The position numbers and the translations under genes are program-made. The notes beneath the pieces were generated by a model. It made no database searches. It was not told where the DNA came from and saw nothing but the letters and a program-made list of their open reading frames with translations. A stretch of 64,000 nt of DNA, taken from positions 259,532,001 to 259,596,000 of the forward strand of contig OZ024743.1 in the NCBI GenBank assembly GCA_964016885.1. Direction: 5' to 3'. Source of the DNA: Eledone cirrhosa. Its lineage: Eukaryota. This document shows positions 28,440-41,634 of this stretch, piece after piece (positions within the stretch are counted from its first letter, which is position 1; each line of letters begins with the position of its first letter).

Positions 28440-29676
28440 GTGAGTTTGTGAAAGTAAATGGAAAACTACAAAGCAAGCAAAACAATGCAACGAATATATA
28501 TATTAAGTTAATGCTTGTTAGAGTAAGAAAGTACCTTTTACGTTTCGGACGGGAGTCCTTCATCAGAAGATAGAAAGAGAAATAAAGGAAAAAATACAAA
28601 GATGGAAGAGAATGAGAAAAGGAAGAAACAGACCGGAAAAAAAGATTTTAGAGAGAAAGCACGTGAGTGTTCAGTCAGTGATTTTGAAGAAATGTGTAGT
28701 GGAGGGGGTGGAGTTGTGGGCGTTTGGTGTGGTGTGTGTGGGTTCGGAGGTACGGACAGAAAATTAAGTAGGGGAAATTGTGGAGGGGGGCGTATAAGAA
28801 TGCATAGTAGGGTCCGGACTGAAGATGAGTTGGGTGGGTGTGGTGACGGTAGACAGGGAGTGGAGTGTGTCGAGTTTATGCTTCTTGGCGGATATGAGAA
28901 AAGTGAAGAGGATGATGTGGACGTGGATTGGGTGTGTAGTAGGTGGCAACGAGAGAAAAGAAGATGTAAGGCTTTGAGGATATCACAGTCGATGGTAGAG
29001 ATCTGAGAGAGGAGGGAACGGGAGCTGGTTTACATAAGATGTTGGCAGGAATGGATAAAGATATTTTAAATTGTGGAATAGTGTAGGACGTGGCGAAGAA
29101 GTCCTGGCGGAACCTTGGGGAATGGGATGGTGGTAATGGTAGCGGCTTAGAAATGTGTTGTTATTGTAGTAGCATGTTTTTGTGAAGAGAATGGATGACA
29201 ATAGGGAAATAGATGGAGGAAAAGTTTGGGTGGGAATTTGAAATGGCGGAGGAAAAACTTGAGATTGAGTATGATAGAAGTTTGAGTGTAAGGAGAGGGT
29301 GAGGAAACGGTAGGAGAAATCTAGGAGTGTAAAAGACGAAGGAGCGTGAGGTGGTAGAGAGAAGAGGCAGAAACACATTAGCGTATGGTGAAGAAGAGTA
29401 AGAGACGAGGGGAAACTAGGGTGAAGGTAACGGGCTAAGAATGTCAGAGAATGGTGAGATGGAGATGGTGAGAACGGAAGAATCAGAGAGAATCGTGAAA
29501 GAAAATAGTAGTGAATCGTGAGATATGGGTATAATGCAGAAAGCAATGAAAAGTGTTCAGTGATGCAAAGAGATATCCAGTTAGGAGTTCAAGTATAATC
29601 CGGGTAAAGTGAAGTTCCAGGGAAAAGAACCAAGGTAGAAATCAAATGAATTTGGAGTGGCCACGTAAACGTTGAT
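28440..29676 (-). mobile_element. Family E PLE 3' region (pyrimidine-rich UTR plus terminal repeat)
   Basis: Bounded by (TA)n; HHR at 28535-28570; end homologous to 31390-31530 and 51340-51470. Confidence 0.55.
28535..28570 (-). ncRNA. Minimal HHR (family E)
   Basis: tctt|CTGATGA|a-ggac-tccc-gtcc|GAAA|cGTA|aaag. Confidence 0.75.
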
Positions 29677-30524
29677 ATATATATATATATATATATATAT
29701 GAAAAAGTATGACCCCGACGACAGAGCTCAAGCCGTTTCGACGGATATTTCTGGACTGAATTAGAATTTTTAGCCTGGTGAATAAATAGCCGAACTTGTC
29801 AAGGGTTACTTCCTTATATGGGAAGATTGTAGTTGTCAAGAGAATTGGTTAAAATTTGTTGTAAACACAAATAAGTCTATCATGGCATTTAGTGGGAGTT
29901 AGGGGTGACTGAACTTGCCTGTAGAACAATAGGGGAGTGAGTGCAGCCGGTCAAGCGTTGAAAGTGATATGTATACATCAGATTCTAAGGTTGTGTATGA
30001 AATGGAGGAGGGGGGTTATAGAATAAGTAATTCGAATGAGAATAGGAGACAATAAAAGATAATAGAAAGAAATAAAAAAAATATATAAAATTAGATAGTG
30101 AGAAATGAATAAAAAAAATCACAATGCTATCTTACAATTACAGGTTAATAACTTGTGAATAGAAAAAAATTATAGAAATGGAGTAGTAACAAAAATGATA
30201 CAAAATTAAAGGGTTGTAACACATCTGCTATAAGTAGTTAGTAAAACGTATTCGGCCAATTCTATCTTAAAATTACAGGGGTGGGGGAACGGATGCTACA
30301 TAGCCCCGATGGGCTACATCGGAGTAGGCGAAAGGGGAAAAGCAGACGAGGAAGAAAAATGGGGGTGGGAGGAAGTGATAGGATGAGACAGGGGAAGGAG
30401 AAGACATAGAGAAAAAGAAAAGAAATACATCTACCTATGTAAGCTGAGGTTTCCCCTAACTTATTCGGCAAGTGGTGTGTGTGTGGGGGGGGGGGTATCA
30501 GCCCTTGTCTACCTACCCGGGTCG

Positions 30525-31103
30525 TTATGGGGGTTTGAGGGCGAGGTAAGTCCTACGCAATCTGTGTTTGCATGCGGTTACTAGTTCGTCTTTCTTCGTT
30601 AGGAGTTGGTCCTTCGAAAACAGCACTTGTAATGTTTCCTCCGAGCATAAGTTAAACGGACGGCGTCCTCCTGTGTAAGAGTTAGCTCTGGACAGTAAGA
30701 TCCAAGTGAGATTGTAGGTTATATTATTATCTTGGAGCTCCCAGATGTGGCCCGAAAGTGTAGTGGCATGTCGCCGGACCGGGTTTCGGAAAGTATGTCG
30801 GTATTGGTAGAGCCGGGTCTTGAAGTCACAAGCGGTTAATCCTATATAAGCTTTGTTGGAGGTGTCCGTCCTCACGTTACACTGATAGATCACGTTAAGT
30901 TCGCGGCATTTGTTGTTGAGGGGGCACGTAGATCTATCAGGGCAGTTACACCTCCTGGTCGGCTCTCCATTGATGTCTAGGTTGTTTCTTCCATAGGGGT
31001 TGAGTTTTTTGTTGTTTGAGAAGACGATGTTTTGTGCGAAGTTAGGTGTGGTACTGTAGGCGAGTTTGATGGTGTTTTTGTTGATTATGTTGTGGTAGCG
31101 GTT
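30525..31103 (-). CDS. C-terminal Zn-linker and GIY-YIG endonuclease of a PLE ORF (5'-truncated, open frame)
   Basis: Hand translation extends the listed ORF upstream without stops: NKNTIKLAYSTTPN...CNCPDRSTCPLNNKCRELNVIYQC...YIGLTACDFKTRLYQYRHTF...LSGHIWELQ...NLCSEE...KDELVTACKH. Confidence 0.85.
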   Translation of the reverse strand, partial: NRYHNIINKNTIKLAYSTTPNFAQNIVFSNNKKLNPYGRNNLDINGEPTRRCNCPDRSTCPLNNKCRELNVIYQCNVRTDTSNKAYIGLTACDFKTRLYQYRHTFRNPVRRHATTLSGHIWELQDNNITYNLTWILLSRANSYTGGRRPFNLCSEETLQVLFSKDQLLTKKDELVTACKHRLRRTYLALKPP

Positions 31104-31169
31104 ATTTGTGTTTACAACAAATTTTAACCAATCCTCTTGACAACTACAATCTTCCCATATAAGGAAGTA

Positions 31170-31263
31170 CCCCTTGACAAGTTCGGCTATTTATTCACCA
31201 GGCTAAAAATTCTAATTTAGTCCAGAAATAGCCGTCGAAACGGCTTGAGCTCTGCCGTCGGGG
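31170..31263 (+). ncRNA. Type I HHR with U3-A8 core and extended stem II (family C)
   Basis: cccc|TTGACAA|g..cggctattt...aaatagccg..c|GAAA|cggc-ttgagctct-gccg|TC|gggg; sister copy at about 29713-29806 (-). Confidence 0.8.
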
Positions 31264-31474
31264 TCATACTTTTTCCTATTTCCCACTCTACTACCCTAAG
31301 TATTGAGTACTCTGGTGCGTTATGGTCCATCTGGTTCCTTACCACAATTACTTCGTTATATACATATATATATATATATGTGTGTGTGTGAAAAGTAAAC
31401 GGAAAACAACAAATCATTAGTATAGTACAATGAAGATATATATTAGTTTAACTCTTGATATAGTAGGAGAAGAG

Positions 31475-31510
31475 TCTTAACGTTTCGGTCTTTAGGCCTT
31501 CGTCAGAAGA
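31475..31510 (-). ncRNA. Minimal HHR (family E)
   Basis: tctt|CTGACGA|aggcctaaagacc|GAAA|cGTT|aaga. Confidence 0.7.
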
Positions 31511-32318
31511 TAGAATGAGGGATCAAAGAAGAAACGAAAAACAATTTTGGTGATAAGGCACTTATGTAAGCTATTTTGGGGAAATGCTGGTCAAGGTTTA
31601 ACATAGATATACGAGAGGATTTGAGTGGGCATGATTGTGTGTGTTTGTATGTGTATCTGTTTGTATGTGTATCTGTTGTGTCCGCAAATTTATGAGTTGG
31701 TGTGTGTCAAGACGTGATAATGTTGGTTGCTACTAAAATTCTAGAGTTAGCAGAGGCACGTGTTCTGACCAACGCAAAGTGGCATACCTATATATGTGAA
31801 ATTCTGCGTACACATGTATATACCTCCGATTCAACCCGGAATAACTTATATATATATATACACAAGTAGAAAAAATCGCAAGGAGTTGTAGAGACAGAGA
31901 GACAATGGTGAACATTTCGCGTGTATATACGGCCGTAAGAGAAACTACAGTGCTTCTGGTACGACGTTATGGTGGTATAATCACAAAGGTTTGAACTACC
32001 AAATACGGGAAGTGTGTTTGTGTGGGTGTGTGCGTGGGGGTGGGAGGTTCAGAATGAATGTTCGGAAACACTTAACACCGATAGCACCCTAGTATGCACA
32101 CATACACACACACACGCACACGCGCGCGCGCGAATATATATATTTACATATATATATATATATATATATGGAATATGTTGGCTTTTTGCTACAATATTTT
32201 CTATACCTTTCATTTATATATATATATATATATATTTAAAAAATGATCGTTCTACATGGCTGAATACATTAAATGTAATCTGAGTTTTTCGAATATTAAT
32301 AATAATATTCGATTCGTT

Positions 32319-32496
32319 TGCAAACAGCCTCTTTTTTAAAGCCATATCAGTAGAATTTTCACTAGCTCTGACAGTTGGCAGGTGAACAGTGATGAAGGGT
32401 GATACCCAGAAACATTAGTGTCTGCAGTTCTGTTTACATGCCAACACAAGAGCATGAATGGTGGGCTCATTCTACTTAAAAAAGAGGCTGTTTGCA
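32319..32496. repeat. 178-bp segment with perfect 21-bp inverted ends and an internal decayed HHR-like motif
   Basis: tgcaaacagcctcttttttaa / ttaaaaaagaggctgtttgca. Confidence 0.65.
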
Positions 32497-32509
32497 TAAT
32501 TGTAAACTA

Positions 32510-32612
32510 AATCCCGTCGACGTTAGCTTTGCCTTCCATCCTTACGGGATCGATAAAATAAAGTACCAGTAATACACTGGGATAATTGCTGGCCCTGTGC
32601 CAAAAGTAGAAA
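32510..32612 (+). mobile_element. SINE 3' half
   Basis: Matches 21525-21630. Confidence 0.75.
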
Positions 32613-32623
32613 TAATCATTAAT

Positions 32624-32688
<65 letters not shown>

Positions 32689-32877
32689 ATTATTTTGATC
32701 AATACATAAAATATCAACTGTATTTTCTGACAAATGCACAAGCCAACAAAATGATAAAAATAGCTCAACGTTAGGTCAACAGCCATCTCGACTAAATGAA
32801 AACATGGAAAAACATTAGGAGCAGTAATACAATCATACATAAGAAAATATTCTCTAAACAAAATGTATCTAAGACCA

Positions 32878-32954
<77 letters not shown>

Positions 32955-33569
32955 ACAATGACATAAGAAAATCGGAAAGTAAGTGAATGACCTGACATAA
33001 AGATGGTAAAAACCAATTCCTCTAGGCTATACAACTGTTGCACAGTCGAAGGGAAATAATGTCAATTACCATTATTAGATAAGTAACAGGCACCAAAAGA
33101 CATCAGGACCTTCGATCTATGTGTGTTTAGTAAGACATGCGTCTTACTAATCAAACATAGATCTACCAGCCGCCATGCATTCAACATCAAATGTAAACGC
33201 ACATGCGGTTGGCTATAAAAACTGAAGGGTACTGGTGAGTAAACAGGAATGCTAAAAATAGCTTCATCTTAGGTCCAATAAATCAGCTCAAAAAGATTTC
33301 AATGTTAGGAGCAGTGTTACCATTTTTTTTTTATCAATATATTAAATACCGATCGTATTGTTTGGCACATGCATAGGCCAACAGAAATGTTTATATATAT
33401 ATATATTTCAGACTAAGCCGAGGATCCGTATAAGATTAAACATTTGTTCTCGGAATGGTGAACTAACTGTTGTGGAACTACTTCAACCAAACTCGTCCCA
33501 TGGACTGAGTGCTCTAATAATACGAATATAACGCTACAGTGTTCTACTATTATATATATATATATACAT

Positions 33570-33735
33570 ATAGTAATAATAATAAATTTGAAGACTAAAA
33601 TCCAAAGAGGGATCGATAAGGATAAATATATATCAAATATATAAGAGCTGCAGATTGATTCTTTTGGTTTCAGAATATCCCGCTAAGGGTGAAAGCAGCG
33701 ATTGTTTGCTTAAACTTTAATCTGCTATTTTAATT
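33570..33735. mobile_element. Family A inverted remnant with decayed HHR at 33666-33716
   Basis: Homology to 3565-3726 in both orientations. Confidence 0.7.
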
Positions 33736-33736
33736 A

Positions 33737-33769
<33 letters not shown>

Positions 33770-33773
33770 ATAC

Positions 33774-33884
<111 letters not shown>

Positions 33885-34326
33885 AATATAAAATTATAAA
33901 TATCCAGTACCTCCTTGTACAGTCGAAAAGGTACCGTCATAAGGCGTGTCTAGAACACTTTTAAACCTGGCGGAGCCCAACCATTTCCGGGTCTGAACAC
34001 AGCCGAATTTTTCTATACAGGAGGAATCGACGCAGTACCTGGCTTGTACTTTGTTTACCGATCTCGAAAGGATAAAAGGATAAATTGACCATTTAACTTA
34101 AATCTGCTTCCATACAAGCAAGTCTATCCGATCGATTTTTAAGTCTCTCATAAGATTACTCCCTTGATAATAGGTTTTTGAGCCCGAAAATATTTGGGAT
34201 CGTTAAATTTGCTAAGGTAAGATTCTTTTGTTATCTTGGCAATTTAACATTCTTCATACGCATGCGCATACATAAAAATACATATACATATTTTTATATT
34301 TGTATATACATATTTGTATATTTGTG

Positions 34327-34361
<35 letters not shown>

Positions 34362-34916
34362 CTGTGTGTGTGTCTGTGCGTGTGTGTGCGTGTGTGTGTG
34401 TTTAGGTGTACCAGTGTGTGTGTGTATGTATAACATGTGTGGCCCTCTTTATTTCAGTAATAAAGTAGTACCTCAAAGAAAACGAGTTACCTCTCCGTTT
34501 CAATCAATCACCTACGCTTGTCCATCACTGGACTGGGATGGGCTCCGCTGCCAGCCTGTAATTGCTGAGAGTCAAATAGCCTTGCGTTACGATGGCGCTT
34601 CTACGACCCCATCAGAAGTTAAGGGCTCTCCAAATGTTATAACATCTACAAATCCCTTCAGCTTCTTGACCTTTGATTTAATTATTTGAAAACCATCACA
34701 AGAGAAACATACACTTGCTCATCCACTTGTAAATATAAGTATAAATCAAAGTCTCATGCATACCTGCATTTACATGAATGCAATTTGCCAAACGAAACCC
34801 ATTTATCAAACGTTGAATTACATTGAGTATGTTTTAGTTCCACATCATTGAACATAAAATGTAATTTTATTCTTACCTTTTATTTTATTGTAGAAATGCG
34901 TAGCAAGGAATGATTC

Positions 34917-35062
<146 letters not shown>

Positions 35063-35981
35063 ATATGTGTGTGTGTGTGCGTGCGTGTGTGTGTGTGCGT
35101 GCGTGTGTATGTATGTGTGTGCGTGTGTGTGTAAATACTTATTCACATTCGAGGATATAACACGAATAAAATCGTAAATATATTGGATTCTTTAACATTC
35201 GAGTATATATCAGATTTAAATAATAGTTTCTCCGAGTTTGCAAAGCTAAACATTGCTACTTAGAAAGGTTTTTAATCTTCAATATATTCTTCATTGCTTT
35301 TGATAACTCTATTCCATCTGTCAGAAAACTCATAGATGCTACATTTATAAAAATTCCTTACATTTTTATGTGATATGAGAGATTAAAACATTTTCGACCA
35401 CTTCGTTTTTTAAACCCTAAAAAAAAAAAAAAAAAAAATATGGTAGGGGAAGCATCTTCCCCTAGTTGAGACCATCTCTGAGCTCCTTGTTTACTCCTAT
35501 AGTATAAAGATGGGTATTGACGCGATAAAAAATTATCCCTTTTCTGTTCACTTAGGGTGTCCTTCTTGTATCGAAATCTGTTTTTAGATGCCAAAATTAT
35601 TGGTAGTAAATCTCAGCTGTGATTTATTATTGTTTAACAGCTCCTAATGAACTAATCCTTGCATATCACACACTTAACATTGATCTTCATTAGATGTATG
35701 ACTCTTCTCGGTTGCTTAGCAGGGCAGGTCTATCACCACAACTAAGCCGCCGACGATGTTGATTAACTTTGTGTAAAGATCCATTCCTCAAACCCAGTAA
35801 TGATTCTGTGAAAAAAAAAATGATAGACACTGGGAGTTGTATATATAATGCCTCACAGTAATCAAAATGTAATTGATTTCATGCAGTAAGATTGTGCGGG
35901 TCCAATTCCTCCAAGCTATTTAAAATAGTGTATCTAGGTGTTACGGTATATATTTAAATGCAAATTGGGTTCCCTATCCAT

Positions 35982-36140
35982 AATTGTTTCTACTTTTGGC
36001 ACAAGGCAAGCAATTATCCCAGTACATTACTGGTACTTTATTTTATCAACCCCGTAAGGATGAAAGGCAAAGTTAACCTCGGCGGGATTTGAACTCAGAT
36101 CATAAAGGGCCGTAACTCTTTGCTGCTAAGCATGGTGTCC
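35982..36140 (-). mobile_element. tRNA-derived SINE
   Basis: Reverse-complement match to 21448-21630. Confidence 0.8.
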
Positions 36141-36874
36141 TTTTGGATAACTATCTCTTAGATCATCCGTTAGGTAAGATCTCTGTTTCTAGAACCAGAA
36201 AACAACTACTTGTTTCACATACCTTTTGGGATTAATATTAGTGCTGCATTTGCATTGACCCACATGTTTTCTTTAGTTCTAGAAGGCAAAACTGTGTGAC
36301 TATTTTGTGGTGTTTTTACAACATTAATCGGAGACAGATTGGCAGCGCCCTTGGAACTAAATTTTTTTCTGGGACTGTCGTGGTGAACGCCCCTTTGGGA
36401 TCAAAGAAATGGACTCGGCGGACTATTATAGATAAGCAACGTGTCTCGTTATCAGTGGTTCGGTTGGAGTCTCGCTTGAAAATCTCACGTTTTGTAGTCG
36501 GAAGTTACGCTTGAGATAAAATTGCTAGCACCCCTGCATCATAGAAAATATAACAAGTCCAAAGGGTTATAAAATGGACGAAGTGAAATCATCCCCCAAC
36601 CGGGCCACATAGGAATGTAAAACAGAGTGACAGATTAAGCTTACCACCTAAAAGATCAGAAGGCAAATAGCAAGAGAAAATACTGCAGAGCATGCCTTCG
36701 AAAGCTCTAATAATCCCTTCAATGTATTGACTCCGAATGGATGAAATGCATAGTTGGACTCGGTGGGATTTGAATTCAGGGTAAAGAGAAACGAAACAAG
36801 TACCACTATTCATTTATATTTGACACTGTAATGACTGTCGCCTATAATGTGTAGAACTTCAAAACAATAGATAA

Positions 36875-37225
36875 TAGTTGTTGGGTTAGTTCTTCTGTTG
36901 TTATTGTTAGAGGTGATACTGTTGACGCCGTGCTAGTTGGTGTAGTGCTGTTGTGGTTGTTGTTGGGGTAGTGGTTCTCTCGTTTATTAGTTGGGGTAGT
37001 GGTGTTCTTGTTGTTATTGGGGAAATCCTGCTGTTGTCGTTGGGCTTGGCAATGTTGTTGGAAGTAATTCTGTTGTTGGAGGTTACGCTGTTGTTGTTGG
37101 TGTAATGATGATGCTGTTGTTACTGTTGGGGTAGTGGTGTCCTTGGAATTGTTGGTTAGTGCTGCTGTTATTGTTGATGTTGGAGATGGTTCTGTATTTG
37201 TTGTTGGGGTAAAGGTGGCGGTGTT
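36875..37225. repeat. GTT-rich low-complexity tract
   Basis: Direct reading. Confidence 0.7.
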
Positions 37226-37914
37226 GCTTCTGAACCAGTAAGACAAATGAACATCTGTCTTCCAGTGTGAATATATTTTCCTTTACTACATTGCAAATGT
37301 CCACGATGACATCTTCTATAAAGACTATCTGTTTTAGTACACGACTCATTGTGAAATATATGTTAGGCTGAACAATGAAAAGCAAATATTTGTTCTCTTG
37401 TTCCCGTATATAACTTCACTGATAGCAACTCACTAATAGAGAGTAGCTGTTGTTGTTGCTGTTGTTGTGATTATTACTGTAGTTGATGCAGATTCAGTTA
37501 ATAAAGTGTTACAGACACTGTCAAATCTATTTTCACATTTTTATTTCAATTATGTAAGGATTACACTTGTCAAAGATAAGCAATTTATCGAATCTTATCG
37601 ACAACTTAGATTAGAATACTTAAGCTACTTTCATGCAGTTTACTCTTATGTAGGTTTGCAAATACACACACACACATACACGCTCGTATACATAGGTATA
37701 TACATACATGCATACACACACACACACATTCATATATGTATGTATATATATATACATATGTATATATATATATATACATATGTATGTGTGTGTGCGTGTG
37801 TGTGTGTATGTATGTGTGTGAGTGTATGTGAGTGTGTGTGTGTAGATAAGATGGACTCTTGTCGTAGTCGACGTATGAGTGTTCAACAGTCTTGTGAGCT
37901 CATTTTTATAGTTA

Positions 37915-39200
37915 TGCCTTAAATGGCACTCCAGTGAAGCTGCTGATTTACACATCAAGTCGCATTTATTGCAGGTGACAGGATTTTGAGCGGAGGAGGA
38001 TGGAAAGTTTGATCGAATCTTTGTGTTAGATCTTAGAACCTGAAAGTGGACCAGACAAGTAGTTATTTTTATCTTCATGGCAGATAGTTCTCCATTTATC
38101 ACAGTCAGCAGCTAGGGCTTCCAAAAGAAAAGCTACGTTCCCAGATTTGAGATTTCACTTCAGTTTGTCTTTATATTTGAGTAATGGACTTCCTACATAA
38201 CGTGCATTATGATTAAGTTAACTGTATAGCAGTAGATTGGTTGCGTGATACTCAGTCATCCGTAGGACATGGCCAGCCCATTTCAGTTGGGATTGTATCA
38301 GAAATTACTCATCCCAATCGATGTTACACCTCTTTAACAGATCGACATTGGCGATTCTGTCAGAAAGTGCATAACTCCAGATAGAGCGAAGACAACGTTT
38401 GTGGAAGTTTTAAAGATTATAAATGTGGGTGCGATGAAGTGTCCATGTGTCCGAGGTGTATAAAAGTATTGCCAGTACCACTGCGATAAACTGCCACCTT
38501 CGATTTCAGGAATATACCTCTGATATCCCATAGAAGATAATGCAGTTTACCAAACTTGTCAGTTGCTTTGGAGGCATGATTGACGTCTCAACATCCAGGG
38601 ATTGTAATGATGATTGTTAAATCAAATTCCTTACAGGCAAGCAAGAAGCGGTACATTAATTATGTAGCTCCTTCCAATTGAAGCAGCATCAGCAAATGGT
38701 AATATATGAATAACAATTCTTCGTGTCACAGTCCTCAAGCGGTGATGGAGGAATAGTGTGCCTGATGTACGGCATTCAAGTCTGACACCAGTGTCTAAGA
38801 TGCATACAGGAGCATTACAGAGAAGAACAAAACATATGAACAGGAGTCATGACACAACCAGGCTTCGTACTGTGTGCGACAGCAAAGGGTTCAGGGCATT
38901 GGCTATTTGACATAATTGATGTTTCCGTGCTCTCATGAAACGACATGATGACATTCAGGATATTGTCAAGTATGCCAAGCTTTTTAATGATTTTCCAGGG
39001 AGCTTTGAGATTGAGAGTATCAGAGGCTTTGGTGATGTCGTAAAAAGCATAACCTACTGTTCGTTCTCGTTCTTTTCACGAGCCATCTTTCCAAATTGCC
39101 GAAGAGCGAACGTCATGTCAATAGTACCCCGATTAATCCGAAAGTACATTGGTTTCAGGGTATATATTATAAACAAGTCTGGATGTAATTCTGTTAAAAA
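37915..39200 (-). mobile_element. Heavily decayed RTE-like LINE (RT fragments and C-terminal C2H2-like finger)
   Basis: Minus-strand remnants FRINRGTIDMTFALRQ, WKIIKKLGILDNILNVIMSFHE and CNKCDLMCKSAASLECHLRH. Confidence 0.65.
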
Positions 39201-39492
39201 TGATATCGGCATATCCAATATAAGCATCTCGTTGATATTATTCGGGACATCTGAGTTGCTTTGATAAACCCAGTCCTGTTGTTTTCTCCTACGAATTCTT
39301 GCTTTGCTCCACTCTATCTATCACTTCTCCGGACCAATACACTTCTACCCTTGTCCGTTGAGGTAAGATTTTACCCTCCACCATCAAGGACGGCATTCTG
39401 CTGTTTTGGCAGCCATCCTTGCTTTGAGTTTTTCTCATTATTCTATAAATTCTAATACACTTGCGCCTCAACTCGATTTTCGAGAAAACTTT

Positions 39493-39549
<57 letters not shown>

Positions 39550-39719
39550 AGAATATTTTCGAAACAGCGAGTGGATTTGAAATTATTAGAAATGTTAGCT
39601 AACCCTCGGAGAAATGGAAATTTTCTATTTCTCAGAAGGTTCTTAACCCCACTATCAGGCTAAATAATTTTTTTAATTTCTTTAGTCAAAATACGGATAT
39701 ATATATATATATATATTTA

Positions 39720-40287
39720 TATTATCAAAATAAATTAACGGAGTCATAAACTCGCGTTGGTCCCCGTAATTTATGAACTCAAAGGAAAGAGAATCCTGGG
39801 CTCTTCAAATATAATATATAGAAAAGATAATACATGAGGGAGAGTGTGTGTTTATCAATGTACAGGGAAAACCACCAGTTTATGGAATCAATAAACTAAG
39901 AAAACGGAGGTAGATGCATAATAATTAAAAATATAAATCAGAATGAATTTACCCACCTTTATAACTATATATCACACACGTACAAACTCAAAGAGATTTG
40001 TTTCGCCAAAAGATTAGTGTATGGAAAGAAACGCCCAGCTTCATCAGCGCGCGTGTTAAGTGAATTCCAGACGACCCTAAGAGAACTTAAGATACCTGCC
40101 TTGCATCACGTGGTAGAGAGGAGGAAATGTGTGCAAGGGACAGTAAACTAGTGGCTTGGGTGGGATGGGCCGCTAGAAAACGCAGCCCCAAACCTCACTT
40201 TTCTTAGTTTATAGATTCCATACATTGGTGGTTTTCTCTGTACATTGATAAACACACACTCTCTCTCGTGTATTATCTTTTCTATAT
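39720..40287 (-). mobile_element. Family F PLE-type remnant with ~90-bp inverted repeat
   Basis: 39815-39904 is inverted at 40198-40287; (TA)n flanks; diverged relative at 47540-47900. Confidence 0.7.
39974..40055 (-). ncRNA. Type I HHR (family F)
   Basis: cacgcgcg|CTGATGA|a-gctggg...tttggc|GAAA|caaa..tttg|TA|cgtgtgt. Confidence 0.7.
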
Positions 40288-40307
40288 ATATTATATATAT
40301 ATATTTA

Positions 40308-40339
<32 letters not shown>

Positions 40340-40349
40340 GTGTCTGTGT

Positions 40350-40442
<93 letters not shown>

Positions 40443-40619
40443 CGTGCGAAAGCATGTGTGTATGTGTGTGTTGAGTGTGTGTACATGTAGCAATGTAGCC
40501 CGTCGTTGCTGGGTAATTTTCACTGTAGAATGCCTTTCTTTCCATGTCAAACATTGTCTTCCCCGTTCCTCATCTATTTTCCGTTAATTATTCCTCGTGG
40601 CACACACCAGTGAATCACC

Positions 40620-40745
40620 CCAAGTTGGTTTCTATGGAAAGTTGACTGGAGAAGCGTGAAATATATTGTCTTGCTCAAGAATACAATGCGCCGTTGGGAA
40701 TCGAACTCAATAATTTTAGGCTCGTGAGCCGAATACCCTAACCAC
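40620..40745 (-). mobile_element. CORE-type SINE fragment
   Basis: Reverse complement of gagttcgattcc...attcttgagcaagaca. Confidence 0.55.
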
Positions 40746-41019
40746 TAATATATTCTACAAGGAAAATACATTACGAAATAAAAAGACGTACAGAATAAAA
40801 GAGGGTTTGTGGCAGTAAGGGCCATACACTAATCTGATTTGTTATCTGTCAACGTTTCATTCTGTGCATTAATTAATAGATATTTTTGTTGATAGAAATG
40901 TTATACATTTACTCCTTAGGGAATTAAGAAATTACATGTGTCCCCAAATATTCTACTTGGGACGCAGATTTCAGATATCACCGTTTCGGAGCCTTTCAGC
41001 GACATACACATATACACTC

Positions 41020-41105
<86 letters not shown>

Positions 41106-41339
41106 CTGTATATATATATATATTGAAAACAAAGCGTCTTTAAAGATTATACACAGTTACTACGGTTTCACAAATGGGTGAATCAGGATCTATATTAATG
41201 TTATAGACGCGACTGCTCTTCAAATCTGTTAATCAAGCAAAGCCAAAATCACCCATTTATTTCTGAGAAGGTGGTGGGGGCAGAGCCCTCAAACACTCCC
41301 ACCCGCGGGCCCTGTCAGAACTTCTGTACCTGCTTCAGT

Positions 41340-41556
41340 TTAACTCCACTTACATGCGGAGTGCACTGCGTAGGCTTCCTTGCAAGGAGGAGTGTCTCAA
41401 TTTTCGCAGCACACGTAGAATATGCTGCGCAGGCTTCCTTGAGAGACTGAGTGTCTCACTTTTCGCAGCACTGATTTCTATTCCAGCCATGCAGCACTCA
41501 GCCTCAAACCTATCGAATGCAAGTCGAAGATCACGTTCTGTCGAGTTAAGTAACAC
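41340..41556 (-). mobile_element. RTE RT fragment
   Basis: VLLNSTERDLRLAFDRFEAECCMAGIEISAAKSETLSLSRKP matches 2440-2570. Confidence 0.85.
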
Positions 41557-41634
41557 CATATACATACACACACGTACACACACATACATGTTATAAAGTT
41601 AGAGGTCTCAATACAAATATGTAGTGAGCATATA

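Larger units (their letters stand above)
29701..31358 (-). mobile_element. 5'-truncated Penelope-like retroelement (Neptune-like) with inverted pLTR, family C
   Basis: GIY-YIG ORF, 3' UTR, pLTR 29701-29874 (-), inverted pLTR 31103-31358 (+), (TA)n flanks. Confidence 0.9.

Noticed and set aside
33070-33165. Possible HHR next to a hairpin
   Set aside because: A tcgaagg/ccttcga stem and ctgatg are present but there is no GAAA.
34450-34689. Possible coding exon after an acceptor-like ttatttcag
   Set aside because: No recognisable domain, donor site or partner exons.
37915-37985. Host C2H2 zinc-finger exon (also 49485-49694)
   Set aside because: Lies in line with decayed RTE RT sequence, so it is the LINE C-terminus.
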